Shown here: positions 9,234 to 18,781 of the stretch, piece by piece | How positions within the stretch are numbered: the stretch's first letter is position 1 | Layout: every line of letters begins with the position of its first letter | DNA from: a virus | Length of the DNA stretch: 64,000 nt | Virus record (IMG/VR): IMGVR_UViG_3300026488_000010 | Strand: one strand, 5' to 3' | Program-made: the position numbers and the translations under genes | Notes under the pieces: model-generated | Seen by the model: the letters and a program-made list of their open reading frames with translations, nothing else | What the model was told of the DNA's origin: nothing | Databases searched by the model: none

Positions 9234-9926
9234 ATGAAAAATAAAAAGATCATAATGATTAATGGTAAGAAACGAGCAGGTAAAGATTTCTTCGCAGACT
9301 CAATCATTAATAAAAACTTTACAAAAATTGCTGTCGCATTTAAATTAAAAGAAATCGCGTATGAAATAGCGGGAAAAGAATACGATGTAATGGAAGAATA
9401 TAAAAATAACAATGTTCCATTTGAGATTGATATTGAAGACTTTGATATCAAATTCAGAAAAGCTTTGATTAAACATTATAGATATGCAAAATATGATGAT
9501 AACAATATTATTGAATTTATTGAAAGCTTTAATGTTCGATCACTACCTATATTTGTAGATGGTTATGAAAAAGTTGATGCAAGATTGTTTTTACAACATA
9601 TGAATATATTTAAAAATATATTCTTCAATGATAATATTTGGATTGATTACACAGTTGATTTAATTAAATCAACTAAGGGAAATATTGTTATATCAGATTT
9701 TAGATTTCCATATGAATATGAAGCACTGTCTGATAATTTTACAAAGGTAATAACTGCTAAAGTTATTGGTAAAAATTACTATGATGTTGATGAATATGAT
9801 AATCATTCATCAGAAACTAGTTTAAATGATTTTGAATTTGATTATCATATAAACAATACAATATGGAATGAAGAACTATTGGAACTTCAAGCATCTTTAT
9901 TGATACAAGAATTAAAAGGTAAATAA
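9234..9926 (+). CDS. deoxynucleoside monophosphate kinase (T4 gp1-like)
   Basis: P-loop NGKKRAGKD, IVISDFRFPYE, HSSE motifs. Confidence 0.85.
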   Translation: MKNKKIIMINGKKRAGKDFFADSIINKNFTKIAVAFKLKEIAYEIAGKEYDVMEEYKNNNVPFEIDIEDFDIKFRKALIKHYRYAKYDDNNIIEFIESFNVRSLPIFVDGYEKVDARLFLQHMNIFKNIFFNDNIWIDYTVDLIKSTKGNIVISDFRFPYEYEALSDNFTKVITAKVIGKNYYDVDEYDNHSSETSLNDFEFDYHINNTIWNEELLELQASLLIQELKGK

Positions 9927-10807
9927 TGGATACAGCAGATACAGCAGATATAAAATTTAAGATGCCAACACAAAATGAGATGACGAACCAACAGTTTGAT
10001 GCAATAAAAAATAAGACTGGTTTTGATATTGAAGAATTCAATCGAATAGTTGCATATCAAAAAAGTTTAAATAACAAAATTAGCAACACATGGGAAGCCG
10101 AAGGGTTGGATTGGCAATTGGCAATCATTTTAGAATGTGCAGAGATGTTAGATAGCACTGATTGGAAGTGGTGGAAAAAAGGTAAAACGGATTGGGCAAA
10201 TTTAGAAATTGAAATGATTGATTTATTACATTTCATACTTGCAAAAGGTATTGAACTTAATCAGATCCCAATGATGAGCACTTTATTAATGTCTCATGAG
10301 ATTATGAGTATGCAAACAGATCAACCAAAAATAACGTTCGATGATGAACTTGCTAAAAAAATAAGAGTTGATACAATAAACAATTTCTTAAATATGGTAC
10401 TAATGAAAAATTATTTAGGAGCATTTACAGCATGGCTAAAAATATGGTATTCTTTAGGAAAATCAGCTAATGATATGTATAAATTATATCAAATCAAATA
10501 TTGTTTAAATATTTTTAGACAAGATCATGGATATAAAGAAGGAACATATTCGAAGATTTGGAATGGTGCGGAAGATAATGTCGCTGCTCAGCGAATTGGG
10601 TACGGATTAGAACTCGGTGATAAATTTCATGATACCCTTTATAAAGCATTAGAAGATGTTTATAATGAAATCGAAGTTAAAGATTTAACTGTTCAAGGTT
10701 TTATCAAATCAAATGAAAAGTGGAAAATGTTTATCGATCAGGTGCCCGAACAGAATAAAAAATTATTCATTGATTTTGCATCAGAGTATAAAGAGTACTT
10801 AAAATAG
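9926..10807 (+). CDS. dut: dimeric all-alpha dUTPase (dUTPase_2)
   Basis: ECAEMLDS.DWKWWK, EMIDLLHF, LNIFRQDHGYKEGTYSKIWNGAEDN. Confidence 0.9.
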   Translation: MDTADTADIKFKMPTQNEMTNQQFDAIKNKTGFDIEEFNRIVAYQKSLNNKISNTWEAEGLDWQLAIILECAEMLDSTDWKWWKKGKTDWANLEIEMIDLLHFILAKGIELNQIPMMSTLLMSHEIMSMQTDQPKITFDDELAKKIRVDTINNFLNMVLMKNYLGAFTAWLKIWYSLGKSANDMYKLYQIKYCLNIFRQDHGYKEGTYSKIWNGAEDNVAAQRIGYGLELGDKFHDTLYKALEDVYNEIEVKDLTVQGFIKSNEKWKMFIDQVPEQNKKLFIDFASEYKEYLK

Positions 10808-10810
10808 TTT

Positions 10811-10853
10811 GGGAAATATAATAGTTAATATAGAAATATTAACTATTTTTCCC
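10811..10853 (+). terminator. hairpin, probable terminator
   Basis: AATAGTTAATAT-AGAA-ATATTAACTATT stem with GGGAAA/TTTCCC outer pairing, after the dut stop. Confidence 0.65.
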
Positions 10854-10897
10854 TACTTTTCTAGTTAACTTTTAATATTTTTTGATAATTATTGAAA

Positions 10898-10937
10898 CTA
10901 TCTTTAAAGATAGAAAAAGTTAATATAGAAATAATAA
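10898..10937 (+). promoter_or_regulatory. palindrome CTATCTTTAAAGATAG plus ATAGAAATAATAA element
   Basis: Core 10900-10911; motif 10925-10937 (13-nt gap); upstream of the nrd operon. Confidence 0.75.
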
Positions 10938-10966
10938 ATTACATAATAAATATAAGGAATTAAAAA

Positions 10967-11380
10967 ATGGAAAAAGAAAGTTTACAAAATATGACAACAG
11001 AGACTCAAGTAGGAGCAGGTATGCGCGATGTTATTGGTTTAGATGTATTAAGATTAACTCGTAAAGTTGATACAGTTGAAGAAGCAAAAGCAGTTTTAGC
11101 TGAAATGGTTAGTGAGTCTTTTGATATTATTAACTCAGATAATAGCACATTCATATTAAGAACATCAGTTGCTGATCTAAATCATGTTAATGGTGTAGTA
11201 CCTGAAGACCTAGAAGCCGCAGAAGCAATTCCAATTCAAGTTAAAATTTCAGAAATGTTGAGTGCACAAGGATTAGATGTTGGTATCAATGAAGATGCAA
11301 AAGAAGAGATTTTAGCGGCTGCTGAGAAAGCAAAAGATGAAATTTCTGAAAAAGATGTTAACACAGAAACAGAAAAATAA
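10967..11380 (+). CDS. acidic hypothetical protein (137 aa)
   Basis: AAGGA RBS; first gene of the nrd operon. Confidence 0.7.
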   Translation: MEKESLQNMTTETQVGAGMRDVIGLDVLRLTRKVDTVEEAKAVLAEMVSESFDIINSDNSTFILRTSVADLNHVNGVVPEDLEAAEAIPIQVKISEMLSAQGLDVGINEDAKEEILAAAEKAKDEISEKDVNTETEK

Positions 11381-11389
11381 AGGCTTACG

Positions 11390-12685
11390 ATGATTGCAGG
11401 ATTTAACAATGAAATGGGTATCGACCCAGAACATGAAGATGATATTGTTGCTATAAAAGAAGACAATATTGCTGATATTTTAAGTGCAAATCGATTAGCC
11501 GAATTTTGTGATCATGATAATAATGCAGGTTCATTATATAATCCTAATCATATTGATTTTAAACATGAGCCAATGTTTTTAGGCTCAGGTAGAAATACTC
11601 AACGTTTTGATGATCCAAAATATAGTTTCTTTGATAAATCAAATGATACTCAACAAGGGTTCGATTGGAAACATGATGAAATACCATTAATAACTGATAA
11701 AAAAGATTTTAAAAGCATTTTAAAAAATGCTGAGAAATATATAGTTACTCGAAATCTGCAAAAGTTAATATTTTTAGATTCAATTCAAGGTCGTGGACCA
11801 TTAATGATATTTGGTCAAATTACAACTTTACCTGAATTAGAAAATGTTATTTTAACTTGGGAATATTTTGAAGGTGCTAAACATTCAAGAACTTATACTG
11901 AAATGCTTAGAGCATATTATGAAAAACCTGATGAAATATTTGATGAATCATTTACTTTACCAGCGCTTATGAAAATTGCTTCAAAAATTAGATCGGTTTA
12001 TGATAGAGCATATTTTAATGTTATTAGCTATATTTATAAAGAGCAGCGCGGATTAGAATATACACAAAAAGAACTTTATGATTTAAAAGCATCAATTGTT
12101 ATGTTATGGGTTGAGATCAATATCTTAGAAGGTATGAGATTTTATCCAGGTTTTGCTGCGATGTGGGGACTCAAAGAATCGCAAGATTTAATGTCGGGAT
12201 TATCTGAAAATTTACAATTTATTTGTAGAGATGAAAATGAACATTTAGCATTAACTCAATTTGTAATCAAGCTTTTAAAGAAAGATGAATCAGAAGGGTT
12301 CACTCAAGTATTTAAAGATTTAGAGTCTGATATTGAAGCAAGATTTTATGAAGCTTATTTTGAAGAAGTTGAATGGATTAATTACATGTTTAAAGAAGGT
12401 TCTTATATTGGTATGAATGCTGATATTTTAATTCAATATTTAAATTATGTTACAATTCGTCGCATGAAAGCTGTTGGATATAAGCCAACTAAAGAATTAC
12501 TTGGAAATTTATATATCACTAAGAATCCTATTCCTTGGGTCCAGAACTATATTAATATGGACAAGAATGAAAAACTTCCACAAGAAGAAAAAATTCTAAA
12601 TTATGTTACAGGTGCTGTTGATCAAAACATGGACGGGCTTACTAACTTAATGAAAAAATTATTAAAAAACACTTGTAAAGTATAA
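11390..12685 (+). CDS. nrdB: class Ia ribonucleotide reductase beta subunit
   Basis: LDSIQGRGP, EGAKHSRTY, LEGMRFY.GF, RDENEH di-iron ligands. Confidence 0.95.
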   Translation: MIAGFNNEMGIDPEHEDDIVAIKEDNIADILSANRLAEFCDHDNNAGSLYNPNHIDFKHEPMFLGSGRNTQRFDDPKYSFFDKSNDTQQGFDWKHDEIPLITDKKDFKSILKNAEKYIVTRNLQKLIFLDSIQGRGPLMIFGQITTLPELENVILTWEYFEGAKHSRTYTEMLRAYYEKPDEIFDESFTLPALMKIASKIRSVYDRAYFNVISYIYKEQRGLEYTQKELYDLKASIVMLWVEINILEGMRFYPGFAAMWGLKESQDLMSGLSENLQFICRDENEHLALTQFVIKLLKKDESEGFTQVFKDLESDIEARFYEAYFEEVEWINYMFKEGSYIGMNADILIQYLNYVTIRRMKAVGYKPTKELLGNLYITKNPIPWVQNYINMDKNEKLPQEEKILNYVTGAVDQNMDGLTNLMKKLLKNTCKV

Positions 12686-12694
12686 GGGAATAAT

Positions 12695-15600
12695 ATGAAA
12701 GAAAAGAATATTAAGAAGCGTGACGGTCGAATTGAACCATATAAAGCTGAGAAGCATCAAAAGTATGTTAAATATTCAGTTGAAGGGTTGGTTGATGTCA
12801 GTGCTTCTGAAATTGAAATGGGGGCAGCAGCTTCTATTTTGGATGGTACGACTTCAAAAGAGATTCAAAAAGCATTAATTAAATCTAGTGCTGATAGAAT
12901 CTCTCCAGAGACACCTGATTATCAAATTGCTGCTGCTCGTCTTCTAAATCAAGATATTCGTTCAGAAGTATATGGTACTTATACACCTGAGCCATTTTTA
13001 GATAGAATTAAACTTGGTGTCAAGCAAAAATATTATGATGGTAAATATCTATTTGAGCATTATGATGAATGGGAGATTGAACATTTTGGTCAATCGATTA
13101 AATATGATCGTGACGATCTTTTTGTATATTCTGGACTTAAAAAGACAGCAGATTCATACCTAGTTAAACAATATGGTAAAATTAAAGAAACACCACAAGA
13201 AATGTTTATGCTTATAGTCATGTTTGCATTTGCAAAATACGAACCTAAGGCTAGAACAAAATGGGTTAAAGAAGGCTATAGAATTCTTTCAACATTTGAA
13301 GCATCTTTACCAACTCCTATTATGATTCAATTAAGAACATTATTTAAAAGATTCATTTCTTGTTTCAGAGGCGATACAAAAATTCGTATAAATGATCTAG
13401 ATTTTAAATTAATTAAAGAGATTGTAATAGGCGACAATGTTCAAACAATTCAAGGCAACTTGAAAAAAGTTGTAGCTATAAAAACTAAAATTCATACAGA
13501 TGAATTTGTAACAATTAATACGTCTTATGGATTAAATGATGAATTTACATCAACTGATAATCATCCAATTAAAAGTATTTTATGGGAAGATGTAAAATGT
13601 ATTAGAAATCAAACACCGTCTAATTCTAGACCTATTTGTATCACTAGTCAACACCATACTAAGCATTGTTTAAAATCAAAAAATCATTATAAAAAAGATT
13701 GTGAGTTATTGAGCAAAGATTGGTTAGATGTTTCTAAATTTGTAGACGCAAAAGACTTATCAGTTTATGACTACGTTGCAATTCCTTTTGATAAAAAAGT
13801 ATTAAATGATAACATATTTGATATGAATGATTTTATCAATGACGATAAATATAAATTAATCAATGGTTATATAACTAAAGACGATGTTCGTGTATTTGAT
13901 TTAAATCGATTCATTGAAGTTGATAATGATTTTATGTATATTCTTGGGTGGTTTGTTGCTGAGGGGTGTGTTGTAAATAATCATATTAATTTTTCTTTAA
14001 ATATTAACGAAATGGATTATTTATTAGATTTAAAATTAAGAATTAAAAATGTTTTTAATATTGAAGGCAAAATATATGATAATGGTGATAATTCAATATC
14101 TTTAAATGTGTCTCATAAGATATTAGCAAACTTTTTTAATAAAGTTGTTAATGATGCTAAAGAAAAAAGAAATAAATCAACAATTCATGAAAAAATATTA
14201 TATGCTGATTATGAATCACAAAAGTATTTTCTAAAAGGTATTTTCTTAGGAGATGGTTTCTTATCAAACAATTATTTAGGATTAGACATTGTAGATAAAA
14301 GATTTATAGATTTTACAAATCATTGTTTATTGAGAAATGGTTTTATTTCTCAAAATTCAAAATATATCAACTCGAATAATACACAATGTTATCGAGTAAA
14401 TGTAAGATTTGGGGGAAATGCTCAATTTATTAAATTTGTAGATAAACGAACTACAAATAAAGCAATTATAAAACAATTAAAAAATATAGATAATATTAGA
14501 TCTCCAAAAAATATTGGTTTTTTTCAAGATAATATTTTATATAGTAAAATATTAAGTGTTGTTAAATTTAAAGAAGATGTTGAAGTTTTTGATATTGAAG
14601 TTGAAGATGATCACACATTTATTGCAAATGATTATGGTGTACATAATTGTAACATTATTCATCCTGGTGATTCAAATGAATCGTTAGCTGCAGCATCTCA
14701 AATGATTATGAAATTAGTTGCTGCTGGTGCCGGTCTTGGAATAGGTAATACTGTTCGAGGAGAGGGTGCTGATATTGATAACGGTCGTATTGAACATACA
14801 GGTTGTTTACCAATATATAAAGGTTATGAAAAATTAACTAAAGCTTTTGTTCAACCATCAAGAGATGGTTCAAGTACAGTTTATCATCCTTTCTTTCATG
14901 TAGAGATTGAATCTATGATGGTTTGGGGAAATGCTAAAGGTACAGAAGAAACGCGTATTCGAGAAATGGATCATAATATTATGTTCAATTCTTTATTCTT
15001 TGAAAGATATACCAACGGTGAAGATATCACATTATTCTATATGAATGATGTTTTAGATATTACAAACTACATGGGTGATGATGAAGAATTTAAAAGACGC
15101 TACGAGTTAGCTGAACAAAAAATTCCTAAAAAACGTCAACGTAAAATATCTGCTCAAAAGATATTTGATACTTTTATTGATGAACGTTTTTTACAATCTA
15201 GAGAATATACAACATTTGTTGAAAATTTAAACTCTCATGGTTCATTTCTTATTCCATTAATTATTAGTAATCTTTGTACTGAAATAGCTGTACCAATTTT
15301 TCCATTAAATGGTCAAGCATCTATTAAAAGAAATATAATATTTAATTCTGATGAAGATAGAAGACTATTTTATTCATTAAGAACTCAAGCATATTTTCAT
15401 GGTGACAATACAAAAGAATTGTTAAAGTTACAAAAAGATATGTCAGAATTATACACATTCACAACAAAAGATTTAGTTGCTGATGTTGATGAATCAGAAG
15501 ATTTTGATTATTTCACATTATATGGTTTAGTCAATTTAGCTGAAGTTGGAGTTTGTATATTAGCTGGTATCAATATGGGTTATTGTACTGATGATAGATT

Positions 15601-16450
15601 ACCAATTGTATCTGAATTTTTAGTTCGATTCTTAGAAGAATTAATCAAGTATGGAGAATACTCAGCACCAGAGGTAGAGAAAGCCGCTATTATGAGAAGA
15701 ACTTTAGGTATTGGGTTTAGTGATATATTTCATTTAATGGCAATAAATAAAAAGTTTTATAATACTAGAGAAGGTCGACAATTTCTATCTAATAGAATAG
15801 AATTATGTTCATATCATATGATTAGAACATCAATTGATTTAGCTGAAGAGTTTGGACCTTGTCAACTTGTATCTGATACAAAGTATAGTAAAGGTATATT
15901 ACCTATAGATACATATGCTAAAACTGTTGATGAACTTGTTGGATCAAATGAAGAATTTGAACTTGATTGGGCTCTTCAAAGATCTAGAGCTAAGAATCAC
16001 GGTATTCGACATTCAACTCTAATGGCAAATGCTCCTTTCGGTAGTTCAGCAATGGTAAGTAATTCGACATCTGGTATTGAGCCTCCACGTGGTATAGCTA
16101 CTTCCAAAAAGGGTAACTTAAAATTAGTTCCAAATATTAAGAAGTACAGCAAATATTATACTACTGCATGGGGAGATGATTTTAATAATATTGATTATTT
16201 TAAATTTGTAGCAGTTGCTCAGAAATGGATGGATCAAACATTATCTGTTAATCAATACCATAACTTGTTAAAAAGTGGTGGAAAAAAGAAAAAGACTGAA
16301 TTAATCGAAGAAATTTTAACTCACCGATATTTCGGTGGAAAAACTTTATATTATTCAAATATTCGAAGCACTGATCAAGAAGATGGTGATGATGGAATAA
16401 TTGAAGAAGAGGAAGCAGATGGTTGTGCTGGGGGTGGTTGTATTGTATAA
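12695..16450 (+). CDS. nrdA: class Ia ribonucleotide reductase alpha subunit, intein-containing
   Basis: N-terminal ATP cone, SLPTPIM, SNLCTEI active site, APFGSS, C-terminal CAGGGC cysteine pair. Confidence 0.95.
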   Translation: MKEKNIKKRDGRIEPYKAEKHQKYVKYSVEGLVDVSASEIEMGAAASILDGTTSKEIQKALIKSSADRISPETPDYQIAAARLLNQDIRSEVYGTYTPEPFLDRIKLGVKQKYYDGKYLFEHYDEWEIEHFGQSIKYDRDDLFVYSGLKKTADSYLVKQYGKIKETPQEMFMLIVMFAFAKYEPKARTKWVKEGYRILSTFEASLPTPIMIQLRTLFKRFISCFRGDTKIRINDLDFKLIKEIVIGDNVQTIQGNLKKVVAIKTKIHTDEFVTINTSYGLNDEFTSTDNHPIKSILWEDVKCIRNQTPSNSRPICITSQHHTKHCLKSKNHYKKDCELLSKDWLDVSKFVDAKDLSVYDYVAIPFDKKVLNDNIFDMNDFINDDKYKLINGYITKDDVRVFDLNRFIEVDNDFMYILGWFVAEGCVVNNHINFSLNINEMDYLLDLKLRIKNVFNIEGKIYDNGDNSISLNVSHKILANFFNKVVNDAKEKRNKSTIHEKILYADYESQKYFLKGIFLGDGFLSNNYLGLDIVDKRFIDFTNHCLLRNGFISQNSKYINSNNTQCYRVNVRFGGNAQFIKFVDKRTTNKAIIKQLKNIDNIRSPKNIGFFQDNILYSKILSVVKFKEDVEVFDIEVEDDHTFIANDYGVHNCNIIHPGDSNESLAAASQMIMKLVAAGAGLGIGNTVRGEGADIDNGRIEHTGCLPIYKGYEKLTKAFVQPSRDGSSTVYHPFFHVEIESMMVWGNAKGTEETRIREMDHNIMFNSLFFERYTNGEDITLFYMNDVLDITNYMGDDEEFKRRYELAEQKIPKKRQRKISAQKIFDTFIDERFLQSREYTTFVENLNSHGSFLIPLIISNLCTEIAVPIFPLNGQASIKRNIIFNSDEDRRLFYSLRTQAYFHGDNTKELLKLQKDMSELYTFTTKDLVADVDESEDFDYFTLYGLVNLAEVGVCILAGINMGYCTDDRLPIVSEFLVRFLEELIKYGEYSAPEVEKAAIMRRTLGIGFSDIFHLMAINKKFYNTREGRQFLSNRIELCSYHMIRTSIDLAEEFGPCQLVSDTKYSKGILPIDTYAKTVDELVGSNEEFELDWALQRSRAKNHGIRHSTLMANAPFGSSAMVSNSTSGIEPPRGIATSKKGNLKLVPNIKKYSKYYTTAWGDDFNNIDYFKFVAVAQKWMDQTLSVNQYHNLLKSGGKKKKTELIEEILTHRYFGGKTLYYSNIRSTDQEDGDDGIIEEEEADGCAGGGCIV
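13361..14647 (+). mobile_element. intein with LAGLIDADG homing endonuclease (429 aa)
   Basis: Begins CFRGDT, ends VFDIEVEDDHTFIANDYGVHN followed by C+1; LAGLIDADG motifs YILGWFVAEGC and FLKGIFLGDGF. Confidence 0.93.
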
Positions 16451-16520
16451 TTATCGCGAACAATTTATAAAAAATATTAATAATATCTTCCGTGAAGAGC
16501 GGGAGAAAAAGGAAAAAGAA

Positions 16521-17300
16521 ATGACTGAATTACAACAAGCAAAAGCTCAAGAACTATTAAATAATGTTTTTGGAAAAATGGACCAACTGATTGATGAATT
16601 GATCCCAGGTATCGTTCCAGCAAATAATGAAGATTATAAAAAACGTGATATGCAAGATGAATTTAATGAATTTATTAAGTCTATGAAATCACAGGCACAG
16701 CAGGCACGTCAGTCTGGAAAACTAACTGAAACTGACAATAATGATGCAAATGATGCAAATGATGCAAATGATGCTAATGATGCAAATGATGCAAATGATG
16801 CTAATGATGCAAATGATGCAAATGATGCTCCTAAAAAGATTGAACTATCATATTCAGTTATTCAAGCACAAATGAACAAAGCGGCTTCAGTTATATCTGA
16901 AGATTACGATGTTATTTTATGTATTACACGCGGGGGATTGATTCCTGCTGGAATGCTTGCTTATCAACTAGGAATTAAAGATATTGTATCAGTTAAAATT
17001 GTATCATATGATGACACAGATACACTAACCGGTTCAGTTGTTGATAAAATGTCTAAAAAAGATATTAAAAAATTAAAAGCTGCTAAAAAAGTTTTAGTTG
17101 TTGATGATATTGTTGATTCTGGTAGTACTTTAATTGCATTGCATCAATATTTAAATTCAGCTCTTGGTTTAAGCGCTGATGATTTAAACAAAAAATATTC
17201 AACATTCTCAATCGTCACAAAAGACATTGCGTTTAATGACTATTCAATTTATAATATGACTGGCGATGAACGTTGGGTAGTATTTCCTTGGGATAAATAA
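16521..17300 (+). CDS. type I purine phosphoribosyltransferase (Gpt/Hpt-like) with N-terminal extension
   Basis: ITRGGLIPA, PRPP motif VLVVDDIVDSGST, WVVFPW; AAGGA RBS before ATG 16521. Confidence 0.85.
   Translation: MTELQQAKAQELLNNVFGKMDQLIDELIPGIVPANNEDYKKRDMQDEFNEFIKSMKSQAQQARQSGKLTETDNNDANDANDANDANDANDANDANDANDANDAPKKIELSYSVIQAQMNKAASVISEDYDVILCITRGGLIPAGMLAYQLGIKDIVSVKIVSYDDTDTLTGSVVDKMSKKDIKKLKAAKKVLVVDDIVDSGSTLIALHQYLNSALGLSADDLNKKYSTFSIVTKDIAFNDYSIYNMTGDERWVVFPWDK
16740..16829 (+). repeat. 9-bp tandem repeat AATGATGCW x10 (Asn-Asp-Ala)
   Basis: Read directly; third codons run GCA,GCA,GCA,GCT,GCA,GCA,GCT,GCA,GCA,GCT, giving a 27-bp super-period. Confidence 0.95.
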
Positions 17301-18704
17301 ATGGCAAAAGAGATTGGTGACAAACGGGAAAAGAAGCTTAAAATTTCTGTAGAAGCAGTAGAAGCCCAAATTAAATTTCTACTCGCAGAATCCGATCTTG
17401 ATTTTATCGTTGATTCCTTTGTGGGATCAAAATTAGATGCAACATTGAATGAGACTGAAATTCTCAAAAACAATGAATTAAAAAATGAACGAAACTATAA
17501 ATACCAATTTGATAATAAATTGTTTCAAGAAATTTTTGATTTTGTAAAACCAGCTGCCGAAAAAGCAGTTAAAGATGATTTAGATAATCATCTTGCATCT
17601 ATTGGTGAAGATGAAGATTACCTCAGAAAAGTTGAGATATATGATAATATCTTTCAGACAGTTGAACTAACAATGTATAAAACAGGAATTAGTAAAATTA
17701 AACTTATCGCGTTTCACTACCTATTAAAAGGTTTAGAAAAGAAAGCGAATGTTATTATGCAAAATAGAAAAGTAAAAATCATCAGAGGTTATAAAACTTC
17801 AATTGAAATATTTTCACATGAATTATTAATGATCATTGCACAGAATCCAGAATTAGAGAAGTTTACTTTAACTCTTAGATCACTGATTGAACAATGGCTA
17901 ATAAAATACAACAATAAAACTAAAATCGGACAATTCTATTATTCTATTTTAATGATTAACCAAGAACAAGTTGTGGAAAAAATTCTGAGATATATGATGT
18001 TTACAGCAATTAAAAATATGAATCCTATTTATTTAAGGGCAATCTTTAGTACATATGTAACGTTGATTCATAAAAATATTTTCTCTTTTTATGCTCAAAA
18101 ACTTACTGATGTTAAAGTTGGATATTTTAAACAACTTGAATCATTATTTGATGATTCATTATCTGATAATGTTCAGAGAGTACAAGTGAATGAAATGATT
18201 GTTCAAAATAGAATTATGTCTTATGCTATGAAAAATAAAAAATATTTTAAACACAATTATGAATTTTTAATGGATGAATATTCTAGTTCATTTATGGATT
18301 TAAATTATTTTGATATGTTATATTCTTATAAAAAAGAGATACCGATATTGGACTATTTCTTTTATTATTCAAAATTTCTAAAACTTACTAGAAATTCTTT
18401 TAGATCACAATCTAAACTTTATAAAATCAAATCTGAATTCTTTAAAAGTACAAATAAAAAAACTTTAAAAATTTATATTAATGATTTAATTACTGATAGA
18501 TTTTATGAATATTTTTATGAAATATTTAAAGATCGCGAAACAGTTGAAATTATATGTGAAACTATTGGACATAATCTTCTTAAAAAGATTAATCAAAATA
18601 ACTTTGTAACATCTGATTTTGAGAAAATGATTTTATCATCAGATGATTATTTAAATCAATTGTCTCAAATAATTGTTTCAATGCAAAAACTCATGAGTAC
18701 ATAA
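17301..18704 (+). CDS. hypothetical protein (467 aa), possible divergent sigma-like protein
   Basis: Long ORF; segment AIKNMNP...IFSTYVTLIHKNI weakly resembles sigma region 2.3-2.4. The ORF is well supported, the function is not. Confidence 0.6.
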   Translation: MAKEIGDKREKKLKISVEAVEAQIKFLLAESDLDFIVDSFVGSKLDATLNETEILKNNELKNERNYKYQFDNKLFQEIFDFVKPAAEKAVKDDLDNHLASIGEDEDYLRKVEIYDNIFQTVELTMYKTGISKIKLIAFHYLLKGLEKKANVIMQNRKVKIIRGYKTSIEIFSHELLMIIAQNPELEKFTLTLRSLIEQWLIKYNNKTKIGQFYYSILMINQEQVVEKILRYMMFTAIKNMNPIYLRAIFSTYVTLIHKNIFSFYAQKLTDVKVGYFKQLESLFDDSLSDNVQRVQVNEMIVQNRIMSYAMKNKKYFKHNYEFLMDEYSSSFMDLNYFDMLYSYKKEIPILDYFFYYSKFLKLTRNSFRSQSKLYKIKSEFFKSTNKKTLKIYINDLITDRFYEYFYEIFKDRETVEIICETIGHNLLKKINQNNFVTSDFEKMILSSDDYLNQLSQIIVSMQKLMST

Positions 18705-18756
18705 GCTCGTGAGTTTTCTTGCGCTTAGAATTAACATGCCTCTTTTATACAAGACA

Positions 18757-18764
18757 AACAAATA
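18757..18764 (+). promoter_or_regulatory. candidate late promoter AACAAATA
   Basis: 17 nt upstream of the spike gene start, in the intergenic gap. Confidence 0.5.
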
Positions 18765-18781
18765 ATTAAAAGGATGTATCA

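Noticed and set aside
16401-16520. Track start of the PRTase at 16401
   Set aside because: Overlaps the nrdA 3' end; the AAGGA RBS supports ATG 16521.
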